Shown in pieces: positions 18,881 to 26,148 of a DNA stretch of 30,192 nucleotides. Source of the stretch: a virus (taxonomy: Duplodnaviria > Heunggongvirae > Uroviricota > Caudoviricetes). The DNA is taken from the IMG/VR virus record IMGVR_UViG_3300029071_000017. The stretch is one strand, 5' to 3'. Numbering within the stretch: position 1 is the first letter of the stretch; each line of letters opens with the position of its first letter. The notes under the pieces are model-generated. The model ran no database searches and had not been told where the DNA came from. It was given only the letters and a program-made list of their open reading frames with translations. The translations under genes were made by a program, and so were the position numbers.

Positions 18881-19042
18881 TCAGGCCAGCACGCCAGTTG
18901 CCAGTGCACGATCGATAAAACGAAATATCAGCTCCAGCTGGGAGCCATATTTCTCTTCAAATGCCACGGTATCCGCATGCAGCTCGTCGTGATGCTTTCT
19001 GCACAAAGGCAACACAAAGAGGTCATGCGCTTTTGTACCCAT
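18881..19042 (-). CDS. Small hypothetical protein (about 53 aa) upstream of Q
   Basis: Not in the ORF track (under 60 aa); my own translation gives MGTKAHDLFVLPLCRKHHDELHADTVAFEEKYG... with an AGGGTGGA RBS. Coordinates hand-derived. Confidence 0.3.
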   Translation of the reverse strand: MGTKAHDLFVLPLCRKHHDELHADTVAFEEKYGSQLELIFRFIDRALATGVLA

Positions 19043-19099
19043 TCCACCCTGACCGTGGCCTATCAGGTGGTGGGGATCATCAGCAGACTTTCCACAACA

Positions 19100-19184
19100 N
19101 NNNNNNNNNNNNNNNNNNNNNNNNNNNNNNNNNNNNNNNNNNNNNNNNNNNNNNNNNNNNNNNNNNNNNNNNNNNNNNNNNNNN
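19100..19184. other. Assembly gap (85 N)
   Basis: Run of n characters in the sequence. Confidence 1.
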
Positions 19185-19868
19185 ATCCACTTTCAGCGCC
19201 AGCACCTTTTTCGCCTTATCCTGGATGATGCTGGTGGCAGGAACCGAAGGCACAAGGTCACTTTCCCGGGTGACAGACGGCACAACAGGCTTCGGTAATC
19301 TCAGTGCCTTACGGGCTGCGCTTTCCGGTAAGGCATCCGCCAGATCATTACGAACCAGCCACCAGCACAGTTCCGGCATTGTCACAACGTGACTGTCATC
19401 AAAACCGAGATCCCGACGCACAACAGATAACACCCAGCGAGCACAGTTATCCGTTGCCATTGATTCCAGCCGTTCCGTGAACTGATCGCGCAGCTGGTTA
19501 TCACAGTGCCAGCACAGACGGATTGCGCCCGGCGTGTGTCGCATTGTGGTCATGTTCTCGCTGTGCCAGTCGGAATGAGGCCACTGGCAGCCTTTTTCAC
19601 GAAGTAACCAACTTTCAAGACATTCCACGCCACCAGCACGACGGATCACTGCCTCATTGCGGAACACGGCCCGAACGGCAGGATCATCCGCCAGCGGTTG
19701 TGATGCCGCCGGAACGGCACCACTGGCGAAAGATGAATAACGCTCCGGCTCAGGCTCCAGCAGGACACGCCCCTGCATAAACAGGGGCATCAGCTCTGAA
19801 CCTGGCCTGAACAATACGATCCCCATACGCGGGGCAATTTCAGGGGTCAGTAGTGCTCTCACGGTCAC
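19185..19868 (-). CDS. Hypothetical nin-region protein, 3' end lost in the assembly gap
   Basis: Open frame from the Met at 19868 continuing into the N run; contains CWHC; follows the KilA-N gene with a 1-nt spacer. Confidence 0.5.
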
Positions 19869-19869
19869 C

Positions 19870-20667
19870 TCAATGAACGGTATCGAGCAGCTTTAACAGC
19901 TCAGGGAATCGGGATTCGAAGAAATGCGGCTGCGTCTCGCGCGGATTTGCGGGACTGGTGATGTTCTTGCCGAACATGCAACCTTTCGCTGTCAGCGACC
20001 AGAATTTTTTGATGTTGTTAATCGCGGTACGGCTGTATCGTTCGCGCTGCTCGACGATCCCCAGCTTCACCATCTGGTGATATGCCTGATTAGCTGTCAG
20101 GCGGATACCATACTGCTTCAGCAGTGCACTCAGTGACAGCGTGGGGCGGCTTGAGCCATCAGGCGCGTCAGCAGGAGCATCAATGGCATAGCGCGGTGCC
20201 AGATTCGGTAAGCCAACAGCCTCCTGAAGCTTCTGACAGGCTCCAAGCACTGATGAGTTAGACAGGTTTAATTCCCGGCGCATAAAGTCCAGCAGGATCA
20301 CACCAGCCTGCATCTTGTCAGCAGCCTGTCCGGATAATTTTTCCGGTGCGCTGGTTACCATGTCGAAAGTACGGATCACCTTCAGATGGAATGACGGGCT
20401 GATCCACATTGCATAGGCATACACCAGTTCTTTGCAGACATACGTCCCCTGGTTATTTCCGCCACGAATAACGTTAACTGGCTCTATATTGACCGAGTTG
20501 CAAATCTGCAACTCGCTTATTAAATGCTCAGTTTGCTCATTGCGGAGCCAGAATGCAGGCTTATGCTTATCCAGAGAACCAGCAGCCCTGTGCAGATCGT
20601 TCAGGCTGTAACGCCCATAAGCATCACGACGAACTTCAATACCATCAATAACCATCAGATTATTCAT
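19870..20667 (-). CDS. KilA-N domain protein (Roi/antirepressor-like)
   Basis: 265-aa ORF; N-terminal region ...YVCKELVYAYAMWISPSFHLKVIRTF... typical of KilA-N/APSES DNA-binding domains. Confidence 0.5.
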   Translation of the reverse strand: MNNLMVIDGIEVRRDAYGRYSLNDLHRAAGSLDKHKPAFWLRNEQTEHLISELQICNSVNIEPVNVIRGGNNQGTYVCKELVYAYAMWISPSFHLKVIRTFDMVTSAPEKLSGQAADKMQAGVILLDFMRRELNLSNSSVLGACQKLQEAVGLPNLAPRYAIDAPADAPDGSSRPTLSLSALLKQYGIRLTANQAYHQMVKLGIVEQRERYSRTAINNIKKFWSLTAKGCMFGKNITSPANPRETQPHFFESRFPELLKLLDTVH

Positions 20668-20686
20668 ACTTCGTTTCTCCTCTTAA

Positions 20687-21076
20687 TCAGGCGGCTGCAC
20701 CCGCCGTTTTCTCGTACTTACTGATAGTGATCTCGACCTTCCCTTCCGGGATAACCGGTCCCCACTCCACCAGCATTCTTTTCACCTGACTGTCGTCTTC
20801 CCACACACCCGCGTGGGTCAGGGCGTCAAACAGCGCCTTGTTATAGTTGTCCAGATCGCGGATCCGGTTATCCGGAGGAAACAACACGATCTCCACTGAA
20901 GCAGGTGCCGACGTTGGTTTCGGCAGACGACGTAACTGCTCAACTATTGCTGCGCACGCTGCACTCTGGAATTTTCGCCCCGCCGCGCTTATCAGGCTCT
21001 TACCAGCAAACGCCCCTTTGTTGGGGTGTCGCCAGTACGTGTTCACGCTGGGCGGAAAAGGCAGGATCAGCTTCAT
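20687..21076 (-). CDS. rusA: Holliday junction resolvase RusA
   Basis: 129-aa ORF with LPFPPSVNTYWRH ... RDLDNYNKALFDALTHAGVWEDDSQV, the RusA catalytic motif pattern. Confidence 0.85.
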   Translation of the reverse strand: MKLILPFPPSVNTYWRHPNKGAFAGKSLISAAGRKFQSAACAAIVEQLRRLPKPTSAPASVEIVLFPPDNRIRDLDNYNKALFDALTHAGVWEDDSQVKRMLVEWGPVIPEGKVEITISKYEKTAGAAA

Positions 21077-21399
21077 ACTTTCAGGCCCCTCTCATGTAAC
21101 CAGTGGGTTGCACGCAGCCTTGCGTTTTCCTCACCGGCAAGCAGTGCGCGGATAATCCCGACCGCCTCGCTGTCGTCGTCCTTCACCGCGGTATGAAGCG
21201 TTATCCCCCGGGCCACGCCACGCTTTATCGTGATGACGCCTTTTTTCTCCAGTGCGCGAAGATGCTCTACCGCTGCATTCACTGAACGGTATCCCAGCAT
21301 GGTTGCCACCTCCTGATTGGTTGGCGGAAAGCCACGCTCTTTCTGATAAGAAATCAGCATATCCAGCACCTGCTGCTGGCATTGAGTTAACGTCGTCAT
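21073..21399 (-). CDS. LexA N-terminal DNA-binding-domain-like protein (no peptidase domain)
   Basis: Start set at MTTLTQCQQQVLDMLISYQKERGFPPTNQEVATMLGYRSVNAAVEHLRALEKKGVI, which parallels the LexA winged-helix domain; about 108 aa, no S24 domain; ATGA overlaps on both sides. Confidence 0.55.
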   Translation of the reverse strand: MTTLTQCQQQVLDMLISYQKERGFPPTNQEVATMLGYRSVNAAVEHLRALEKKGVITIKRGVARGITLHTAVKDDDSEAVGIIRALLAGEENARLRATHWLHERGLKV

Positions 21400-21893
21400 T
21401 ACGCCCCCACGTAATTCCCTGACAGATACCACTCATCACTCGATACAGCGCGCTTGCTGCTTTTCCGTAAACACAGCTCACGACGCGCCAGAAAATTGTT
21501 TCGTTCTGGCTGGGAGTGGCTTTCACGGAATGCCGCCATCCACACGGTTGCAGCACGACGGTATAAGCCCCTGGACTCCAGTTCTTCAGCCTGGCGGGTC
21601 AGGCACAAAATCACCCGTGGATCGTTAGTGCCGACATAGAAATTGCGCACAGGTCTGGTTTCTCGAACTGGTTGTGGTTCCGGTTCCTGCGCTCTCTCAG
21701 TCAGGCGCGGGAAATGTCTGCGTGTATCTCCTTCACAACGGTGAGCCACACGCCCACTCTGACGTAACTTGCTTGCAGACTGCAGAACGCGCTGCCGTGA
21801 GTAACCTGCAAAAGCATCCGCAATGTCTCCGGAAGTACACCCCGGATGGGCTTCAATGCATTTCTGAACGTCATTTAACAGACTCATGATCAC
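21399..21893 (-). CDS. PerC-like transcriptional regulator
   Basis: 164-aa ORF; C-terminal half ...QAEELESRGLYRRAATVWMAAF...RRELCL resembles the PerC/Pch signature as I recall it; translationally coupled to the replication initiator. Confidence 0.4.
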   Translation of the reverse strand: MIMSLLNDVQKCIEAHPGCTSGDIADAFAGYSRQRVLQSASKLRQSGRVAHRCEGDTRRHFPRLTERAQEPEPQPVRETRPVRNFYVGTNDPRVILCLTRQAEELESRGLYRRAATVWMAAFRESHSQPERNNFLARRELCLRKSSKRAVSSDEWYLSGNYVGA

Positions 21894-22846
21894 CCTCTGA
21901 ATCCTGCCGGGATCTGGCTGTAGTCCACGTTGTCGTAACTGGCTTTGAAGTACGGGTCCTCGCGTTTTTCGGTGTACGTGCTGACGGACGGCGATAAGCG
22001 CAGGGAAAGCTCATCCCATTTTTCCCGCAGCTTCGACGGGCTGAGCACGTTACGGCACCAGAACGGATCGCGGCTGACACGGCTGTACATCTCGCAGATT
22101 TGTTTGTGAGTACGCCCATCCTGTACACACATCAGGCGAATTTCGTTTGCCCAGGCTGTCCAGTTCGGTTCTTTGGGACGAACCACCTCGCCGTCACATT
22201 CGGCAGCCTGCTCGTACAGGGCGATGATTTTTTTCCAGAGCCACTGTGCGCAGGTCAAATCATCCTGCGTCCCCCACTGGCGCTTTTTAGGGCTGAATAC
22301 AACCGCATCAGGATGGCGAGTTAAAAAATCCTGTTCAGCCGTCTGCGTGTCCGGTTGCGAAGCGTCCGGACGAGAAGGTTTTTTATCTGACGGATCATGT
22401 TTTGATTTTACTGACGGATCCCCGCCAGATTCTGACGGGTGAAAACCCGCTTTTTTGCCAGATTTCGACGCATCAAATTTTGACGGGTCAGATTTTGATG
22501 CGTCAGATTTTGATGCGTCAGATTTTGACGGGTCAGAATCTGACAGTTGAGAAAATGCCGCTGCCTGAAGCTTCGCAACGTTAAGCTGATAAACATTCGA
22601 CGCATTGCGGTTACCCTGGCGACGCGCCTTACGCGTTAACCAGCCTTCTGCTTCCAGCCGTGCGATAGCCGTTCTGACGGTACTCATCCCCGCGCCAATC
22701 TGACGGGCAATGGTTTCAATTGATGGCCAGCACACACCTTCGTCATTACTGAAATCAGCCAGGCGGGCCATAATTGCCACGCTGGATAACTTCATGCCTG
22801 ATGCAGCGCAACCATCCCATACATAGCCGGTTAATTTAGTGCTCAT
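21890..22846 (-). CDS. Replication initiator (O-like) with HTH N-terminus and iteron-encoded SKSDA repeats
   Basis: 318-aa ORF; N-terminal HTH-like region; central SKSDASKSDASKSDPSKFDASKS repeats encoded by tandem 15-bp DNA repeats; position after the cro/cII-like genes. Confidence 0.65.
   Translation of the reverse strand: MSTKLTGYVWDGCAASGMKLSSVAIMARLADFSNDEGVCWPSIETIARQIGAGMSTVRTAIARLEAEGWLTRKARRQGNRNASNVYQLNVAKLQAAAFSQLSDSDPSKSDASKSDASKSDPSKFDASKSGKKAGFHPSESGGDPSVKSKHDPSDKKPSRPDASQPDTQTAEQDFLTRHPDAVVFSPKKRQWGTQDDLTCAQWLWKKIIALYEQAAECDGEVVRPKEPNWTAWANEIRLMCVQDGRTHKQICEMYSRVSRDPFWCRNVLSPSKLREKWDELSLRLSPSVSTYTEKREDPYFKASYDNVDYSQIPAGFRG
22426..22548. repeat. Origin-like iteron array: about 7 tandem 15-bp repeats CAGATTTTGAYGSGT inside the initiator gene
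   Basis: Direct repeats read in the sequence (cagattctgacgggt, cagatttcgacgcat, caaattttgacgggt, cagattttgatgcgt x2, cagattttgacgggt, cagaatctgacagtt). Approximate coordinates. Confidence 0.65.
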
Positions 22847-22855
22847 GACCGACCT

Positions 22856-23194
22856 CTATTTCCCTGAATTTACGACGAAACTGTTCGAGCGGACTGAAGC
22901 ATTCATGCTCATAACCTTCGCGGAGGTAGATAACCCGTTGTGTTTCCGGCTCCCAACGAATGACTCTGACGGGCACTCCGTAGTGATCTTTGAACCAGCG
23001 GTTAACTTGTCGCAAAGGACTGTCTCCTTCTGCCGGTTGAAATCACCCACAGCCCACTCTGCAAAGCTGTGGGTTACAATTTCCCTGTCACCTGGTACAT
23101 TCACTGCATAGCAATATTCCACCTTCGCTTTTCCACCCGGTACAGGAAGCGCAATCAGTTGCGAGCGACGGTAGTGTGTTGTTAAACTGTTCAT
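22856..23194 (-). CDS. Hypothetical protein
   Basis: 112-aa ORF whose start overlaps the upstream gene stop and whose stop lies about 10 nt before the initiator start; no recognisable motif. Confidence 0.4.
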   Translation of the reverse strand: MNSLTTHYRRSQLIALPVPGGKAKVEYCYAVNVPGDREIVTHSFAEWAVGDFNRQKETVLCDKLTAGSKITTECPSESFVGSRKHNGLSTSAKVMSMNASVRSNSFVVNSGK

Positions 23195-23760
23195 GCGTTA
23201 GTTTCTCCACAACCAGAAGCAATCGACGCCACGACGCCCGGAGCTGCACACTCGCGGGCGTCATTACTTTCTGAAATGCAAAAAATTTTGTAGACAAGTG
23301 CTGCATGCTCCTGCAGCTTCGAAATTGAGAGATACAGCTCGTCGTTAATTGCTGTCTTCTCATGCGGTTCCACTACACCGTCTTCGATTGCTGAACGAAT
23401 CTGTTTTGAATAACTGCCGATCTGTTCAATGACTTCCAGCAGACGCTGGTTAATATCGGCGTTGTCCACATCCTCGACGTCAGGAAGAGACACAAAGACG
23501 CCATTTGCAGACTGCGCCACAGCATCAGCAATGAAGTGAGTGCCACCAGCACGCTGTAAAACCATTGCCCATCCCAGCGGGAAAATCTGATCGCCATCTG
23601 CACGAAGGCGGTTGAATAAAGCGTTTTCTGTTACATCGAGCCAGTCAGCCGCTTCAGCGTAACCACCCGGCAACGCCGCGATAGTTTTTCTGACAGCTTT
23701 CACGTACCACTCAGGCTGTTTTTCTATTTTCCAGTGATGCTTACCCACGATTAGCCTCAT
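23191..23760 (-). CDS. Putative early regulatory protein (CII/YdaT-like position)
   Basis: 189-aa ORF immediately downstream of the cro-like gene; the family assignment is a weak recollection. Confidence 0.4.
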   Translation of the reverse strand: MRLIVGKHHWKIEKQPEWYVKAVRKTIAALPGGYAEAADWLDVTENALFNRLRADGDQIFPLGWAMVLQRAGGTHFIADAVAQSANGVFVSLPDVEDVDNADINQRLLEVIEQIGSYSKQIRSAIEDGVVEPHEKTAINDELYLSISKLQEHAALVYKIFCISESNDARECAAPGVVASIASGCGETNA

Positions 23761-23791
23761 CGTTCTGTGGTTAAAAATTGAAAGTGTTCTG

Positions 23792-23992
23792 CTAATCTTT
23801 CGGATAGATATCCGGTCTTAAGTCAGATTTCGTAATTGCACCTGACGTGCATTGCTCAAGTTTTTTAGCCAGCACAAAACTGGCTTTTTTATAGCCATTG
23901 AAAACCAGCCGTAAGTAGCCAGGTGTTGAGCCAACTTTTCCGGCCAACTCGCCCTGCTGTTCTTTGGTTAAAGAGTCCCAATACGCCTTCAT
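23792..23992 (-). CDS. Cro-like HTH regulator
   Basis: ORF 23792-24295; start set at MKAYWDSLTKEQQGELAGKVGSTPGYLRLVFNGYKKAS (HTH) with GGAGG upstream; divergent from the repressor gene. Confidence 0.65.
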   Translation of the reverse strand: MKAYWDSLTKEQQGELAGKVGSTPGYLRLVFNGYKKASFVLAKKLEQCTSGAITKSDLRPDIYPKD

Positions 23993-24082
23993 ACAATATG
24001 TACCTCCGGTATACATATTACATGATTGAAATGAACCTTCAAGATACTTGTACCTTAACGGTACAAGGGTTTTAATTTTGTT
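23993..24082. promoter_or_regulatory. Immunity operator/promoter region (OR; divergent pR and pRM)
   Basis: Perfect 21-bp palindrome CTTGTACC-TTAAC-GGTACAAG (about 24046-24066) and imperfect palindrome ATATGTACCTCCGGTATACATAT (about 23994-24016); pR candidate TTGAAG-16-TAATAT on the minus strand; pRM candidate TTGTAC-17-TTTAAT ending about 7 nt before the repressor ATG. Confidence 0.6.
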
Positions 24083-24757
24083 ATGAAAACAATCCATGAC
24101 ATCCGGCGGTCTAACGCCAGAAAACTGAGAGATGGTGTTGGCGGGAATTCTTCCTTTGCCACTATGATTGATCGCGAGCCAACCCAGACCAGCAGGTTTA
24201 TGGGAGATGGTGCTACTAAAAATATCGGTGACAGCATGGCACGACACATCGAAAAATGTTTCGACCTGCCTGTCGGATGGCTCGATCAAGAACACCAGAC
24301 AACGAACATCACAAAAAAACCTGATGTTTCAATCACTAATAAACAAATCACATTAGTCCCTGTCATATCATGGGTACAGGCCGGAGCATGGAAAGAAGTT
24401 GGATATTCTGAGGTTGATTTGAGCACAGCAGAAACGTATCCCTGCCCTGTCCCCTGTGGGGAAATGACTTATATCTTGCGGGTGATAGGTGATTCAATGA
24501 TTGATGAGTACCGCCCGGGAGACATGATTTTTGTCGATCCTGAAGTACCTGCCTGCCACGGTGACGACGTTATTGCATTGATGCACGATACAGGTGAAAC
24601 CACCTTCAAAAGGTTGATAGAAGATGGGACACAGCGTTATCTCAAAGCGTTAAACCCAAACTGGCCTGAGCCTTACATTAAGATCAACGGTAATTGCTCT
24701 ATAATTGGTACAGTGATTTTCTCAGGAAAACCAAGAAGATACAAAATCAAAGCCTAA
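24083..24757 (+). CDS. CI/C2-type repressor (HTH N-terminus, LexA-like S24 autopeptidase C-terminus)
   Basis: 224-aa ORF; C-terminal ...ISWVQAGAWKEV...VIGDSMIDEY...ETTFKRLIEDGTQRYLKALNPNWPEPYIKINGNCSIIG parallels P22 C2 and the LexA catalytic Ser/Lys region. Confidence 0.85.
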   Translation: MKTIHDIRRSNARKLRDGVGGNSSFATMIDREPTQTSRFMGDGATKNIGDSMARHIEKCFDLPVGWLDQEHQTTNITKKPDVSITNKQITLVPVISWVQAGAWKEVGYSEVDLSTAETYPCPVPCGEMTYILRVIGDSMIDEYRPGDMIFVDPEVPACHGDDVIALMHDTGETTFKRLIEDGTQRYLKALNPNWPEPYIKINGNCSIIGTVIFSGKPRRYKIKA

Positions 24758-24769
24758 TCAATGTTTATG

Positions 24770-24792
24770 AACCTGCTTCGGCAGGTTTTTTT
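24770..24792 (+). terminator. Intrinsic terminator of the repressor gene
   Basis: AACCTGC-TTCG-GCAGGTT hairpin followed by 7 T directly after the repressor stop. Approximate coordinates. Confidence 0.7.
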
Positions 24793-24796
24793 ATAC

Positions 24797-24830
24797 TTGA
24801 CAATGTACCTTTTAGATACATAATGTACCC
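24797..24830 (+). promoter_or_regulatory. pL-like early promoter with operator-like AATGTACC repeats
   Basis: TTGACA-16 nt-CATAAT; AATGTACC occurs at -35/spacer and again overlapping -10, the same TGTACC core as the OR palindromes. Approximate coordinates. Confidence 0.6.
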
Positions 24831-24991
24831 AGGCGAAACAACAAACAGGCAGGACGTCCATGAAGTAGCCCCCTGGAGCATATGAAGTCCAGGATGATTC
24901 GTTAGCAACAAAAAAGCGCCCTACAGGACGCTTAGCTCTTTAACAATCTGGTCCCCATCAACAAGTAACTGATAACTTGAGGAGGTGTGAA

Positions 24992-25198
24992 ATGCACAAA
25001 ACAGAACCCAAAATCGTCGCGCCCGGATACACAAATGAGGAAATTTACGAGTGGATGGCAAAGAAGCTGGCAGCTATAAACCAGCTTCGTGAAGTGCTGT
25101 CTTATCGACAGGAAACAATAGACTCCTTAAAAAAACTGGATCAGGAAATCACGGTTTTATCACAGGATGTTACTTTAGATATTGTGCAGACAAATTAG
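24992..25198 (+). CDS. Small hypothetical protein (68 aa), first ORF of the rightward early operon
   Basis: ORF 24977-25198; start set at MHKTEPKIV with GAGGAGG 6 nt upstream; no Arg-rich motif, so not an N-type antiterminator. Confidence 0.45.
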   Translation: MHKTEPKIVAPGYTNEEIYEWMAKKLAAINQLREVLSYRQETIDSLKKLDQEITVLSQDVTLDIVQTN

Positions 25199-25604
25199 GA
25201 TCCCATTCATTTTCGTCAAAATCATCAAAGTGATGAATTTGTGATCTCCAGTCTCGATAATCTAAAAATTTCTGGGCGGTTACGCTTATTTTATCAAGTG
25301 TGAGTTCATCCTGAATTGAAAGAAGAAGTTCATCAAATTTCATCTCATTAATCTGTTTTGGCATCCAGTGATGCTTCATCAGAATAAGGTGAACCAGAGC
25401 CTTTTTCCCATTCAACTGATTATAGGGAGTGCCGAATTTCTTCCGGTGCTCATGTAAGACAAGGTCCAGAAGAGTAAGTAATGTTGCCCTTGATTCGACT
25501 TTGCTTATTTCGACTGATGACACTACCCCACTGATTTCAATGCCCCGATACTTTCCAACATTTTCACAGTGGGATTTGTACAGCGTGTAGATATTACCGG
25601 ACAT
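25170..25604 (-). CDS. Hypothetical 144-aa protein, AT-rich, convergent to the early operon
   Basis: Clean ORF antisense to pL-direction transcription, AT-rich relative to flanks, AAGGA RBS; 3' end overlaps the 68-aa ORF by about 29 nt. Confidence 0.5.
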   Translation of the reverse strand: MSGNIYTLYKSHCENVGKYRGIEISGVVSSVEISKVESRATLLTLLDLVLHEHRKKFGTPYNQLNGKKALVHLILMKHHWMPKQINEMKFDELLLSIQDELTLDKISVTAQKFLDYRDWRSQIHHFDDFDENEWDPNLSAQYLK

Positions 25605-26148
25605 TTCTTTTCCTTTTGCGTTGTTGGGGATAACCAGATTAACCGAATCCTTGTTGTTGGGGAATAACCAGGTCCACCTCGCCTGATGTGGCTAAAAGCA
25701 GGCACATAACAGCTAAGTATTTTCAACCAGAGAGAATCCTTAGCGTTGTGGTGAATGCGGCTCAGCGCACGCGGGTTAAGGTTGAGGCTGACAGTCGACC
25801 TTCTGTGGATACCCACCCGCCTGGTGTGCAACCTTCGCCAGGCACCGGGAGGCACCCGGCACCACAACTTTATGCTGTGTGTAGTCCTGGCGGTACCAGT
25901 TTGTACCCTTGCTTCCGGCTGGTACCGTCCTTTTTACAAAACAGAGAAGAGCATCACCGGACGACGGGCTCATAACCCAATCCATCCGGGCGGCTGCCAC
26001 CGCAGGTGTTCTTCTCTGTTTTGTGGAGAAACTAACCGCCCCTACGGGGGCATTTATGGAAATGTAATTGACTCAATAATCGCCGGACGGTGAGGGCTTC
26101 CTTTTACCCGAATTCAGCGCGGTGCAGCGCATATACGTGGAGAACAAA
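25605..26148. other. GC-rich non-coding region with direct and inverted repeats (candidate structured RNA / regulatory region)
   Basis: No credible ORF. Direct repeats TTGTTGGGGATAACCAG and TTGTTGGGGAATAACCAG (about 25621-25671); 9-bp inverted repeat CGGTACCAG/CTGGTACCG (about 25891-25927) followed by TTTTT; 15-bp perfect inverted repeat ACAAAACAGAGAAGA/TCTTCTCTGTTTTGT (about 25936-25950 and 26010-26024). Confidence 0.4.

Noticed and set aside
18824-19392. Plus-strand ORFs (134 and 143 aa) and the C-terminal part of the 262-aa minus ORF that run through the N gap
   Set aside because: Their translations include runs of X from the assembly gap, and the frame across a gap of unknown true length is meaningless.
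22426-22548. CRISPR-like array
   Set aside because: The 15-bp repeats are contiguous with no spacers and lie in frame inside the replication initiator gene; they are iterons, not CRISPR repeats.
22839-23111. 90-aa plus-strand ORF between the replication initiator and the CII-like gene
   Set aside because: The overlapping minus-strand ORF (22856-23194) fits the operon orientation and shows stop-start overlap with its upstream neighbour; the plus-strand ORF is probably its antisense shadow. Neither has recognisable homology, so this remains uncertain.
24992-25198. N-type antiterminator at the first position of the early operon
   Set aside because: The 68-aa protein has no arginine-rich N-terminal motif and no resemblance to lambda or P22 N; no boxA/boxB-like nut site was seen in the leader.
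25605-26148. Retron (msr/msd) interpretation of the structured non-coding region
   Set aside because: Long inverted repeats resemble retron ncRNA architecture, but there is no reverse transcriptase ORF anywhere nearby; the neighbours are a 144-aa protein and an HD hydrolase.
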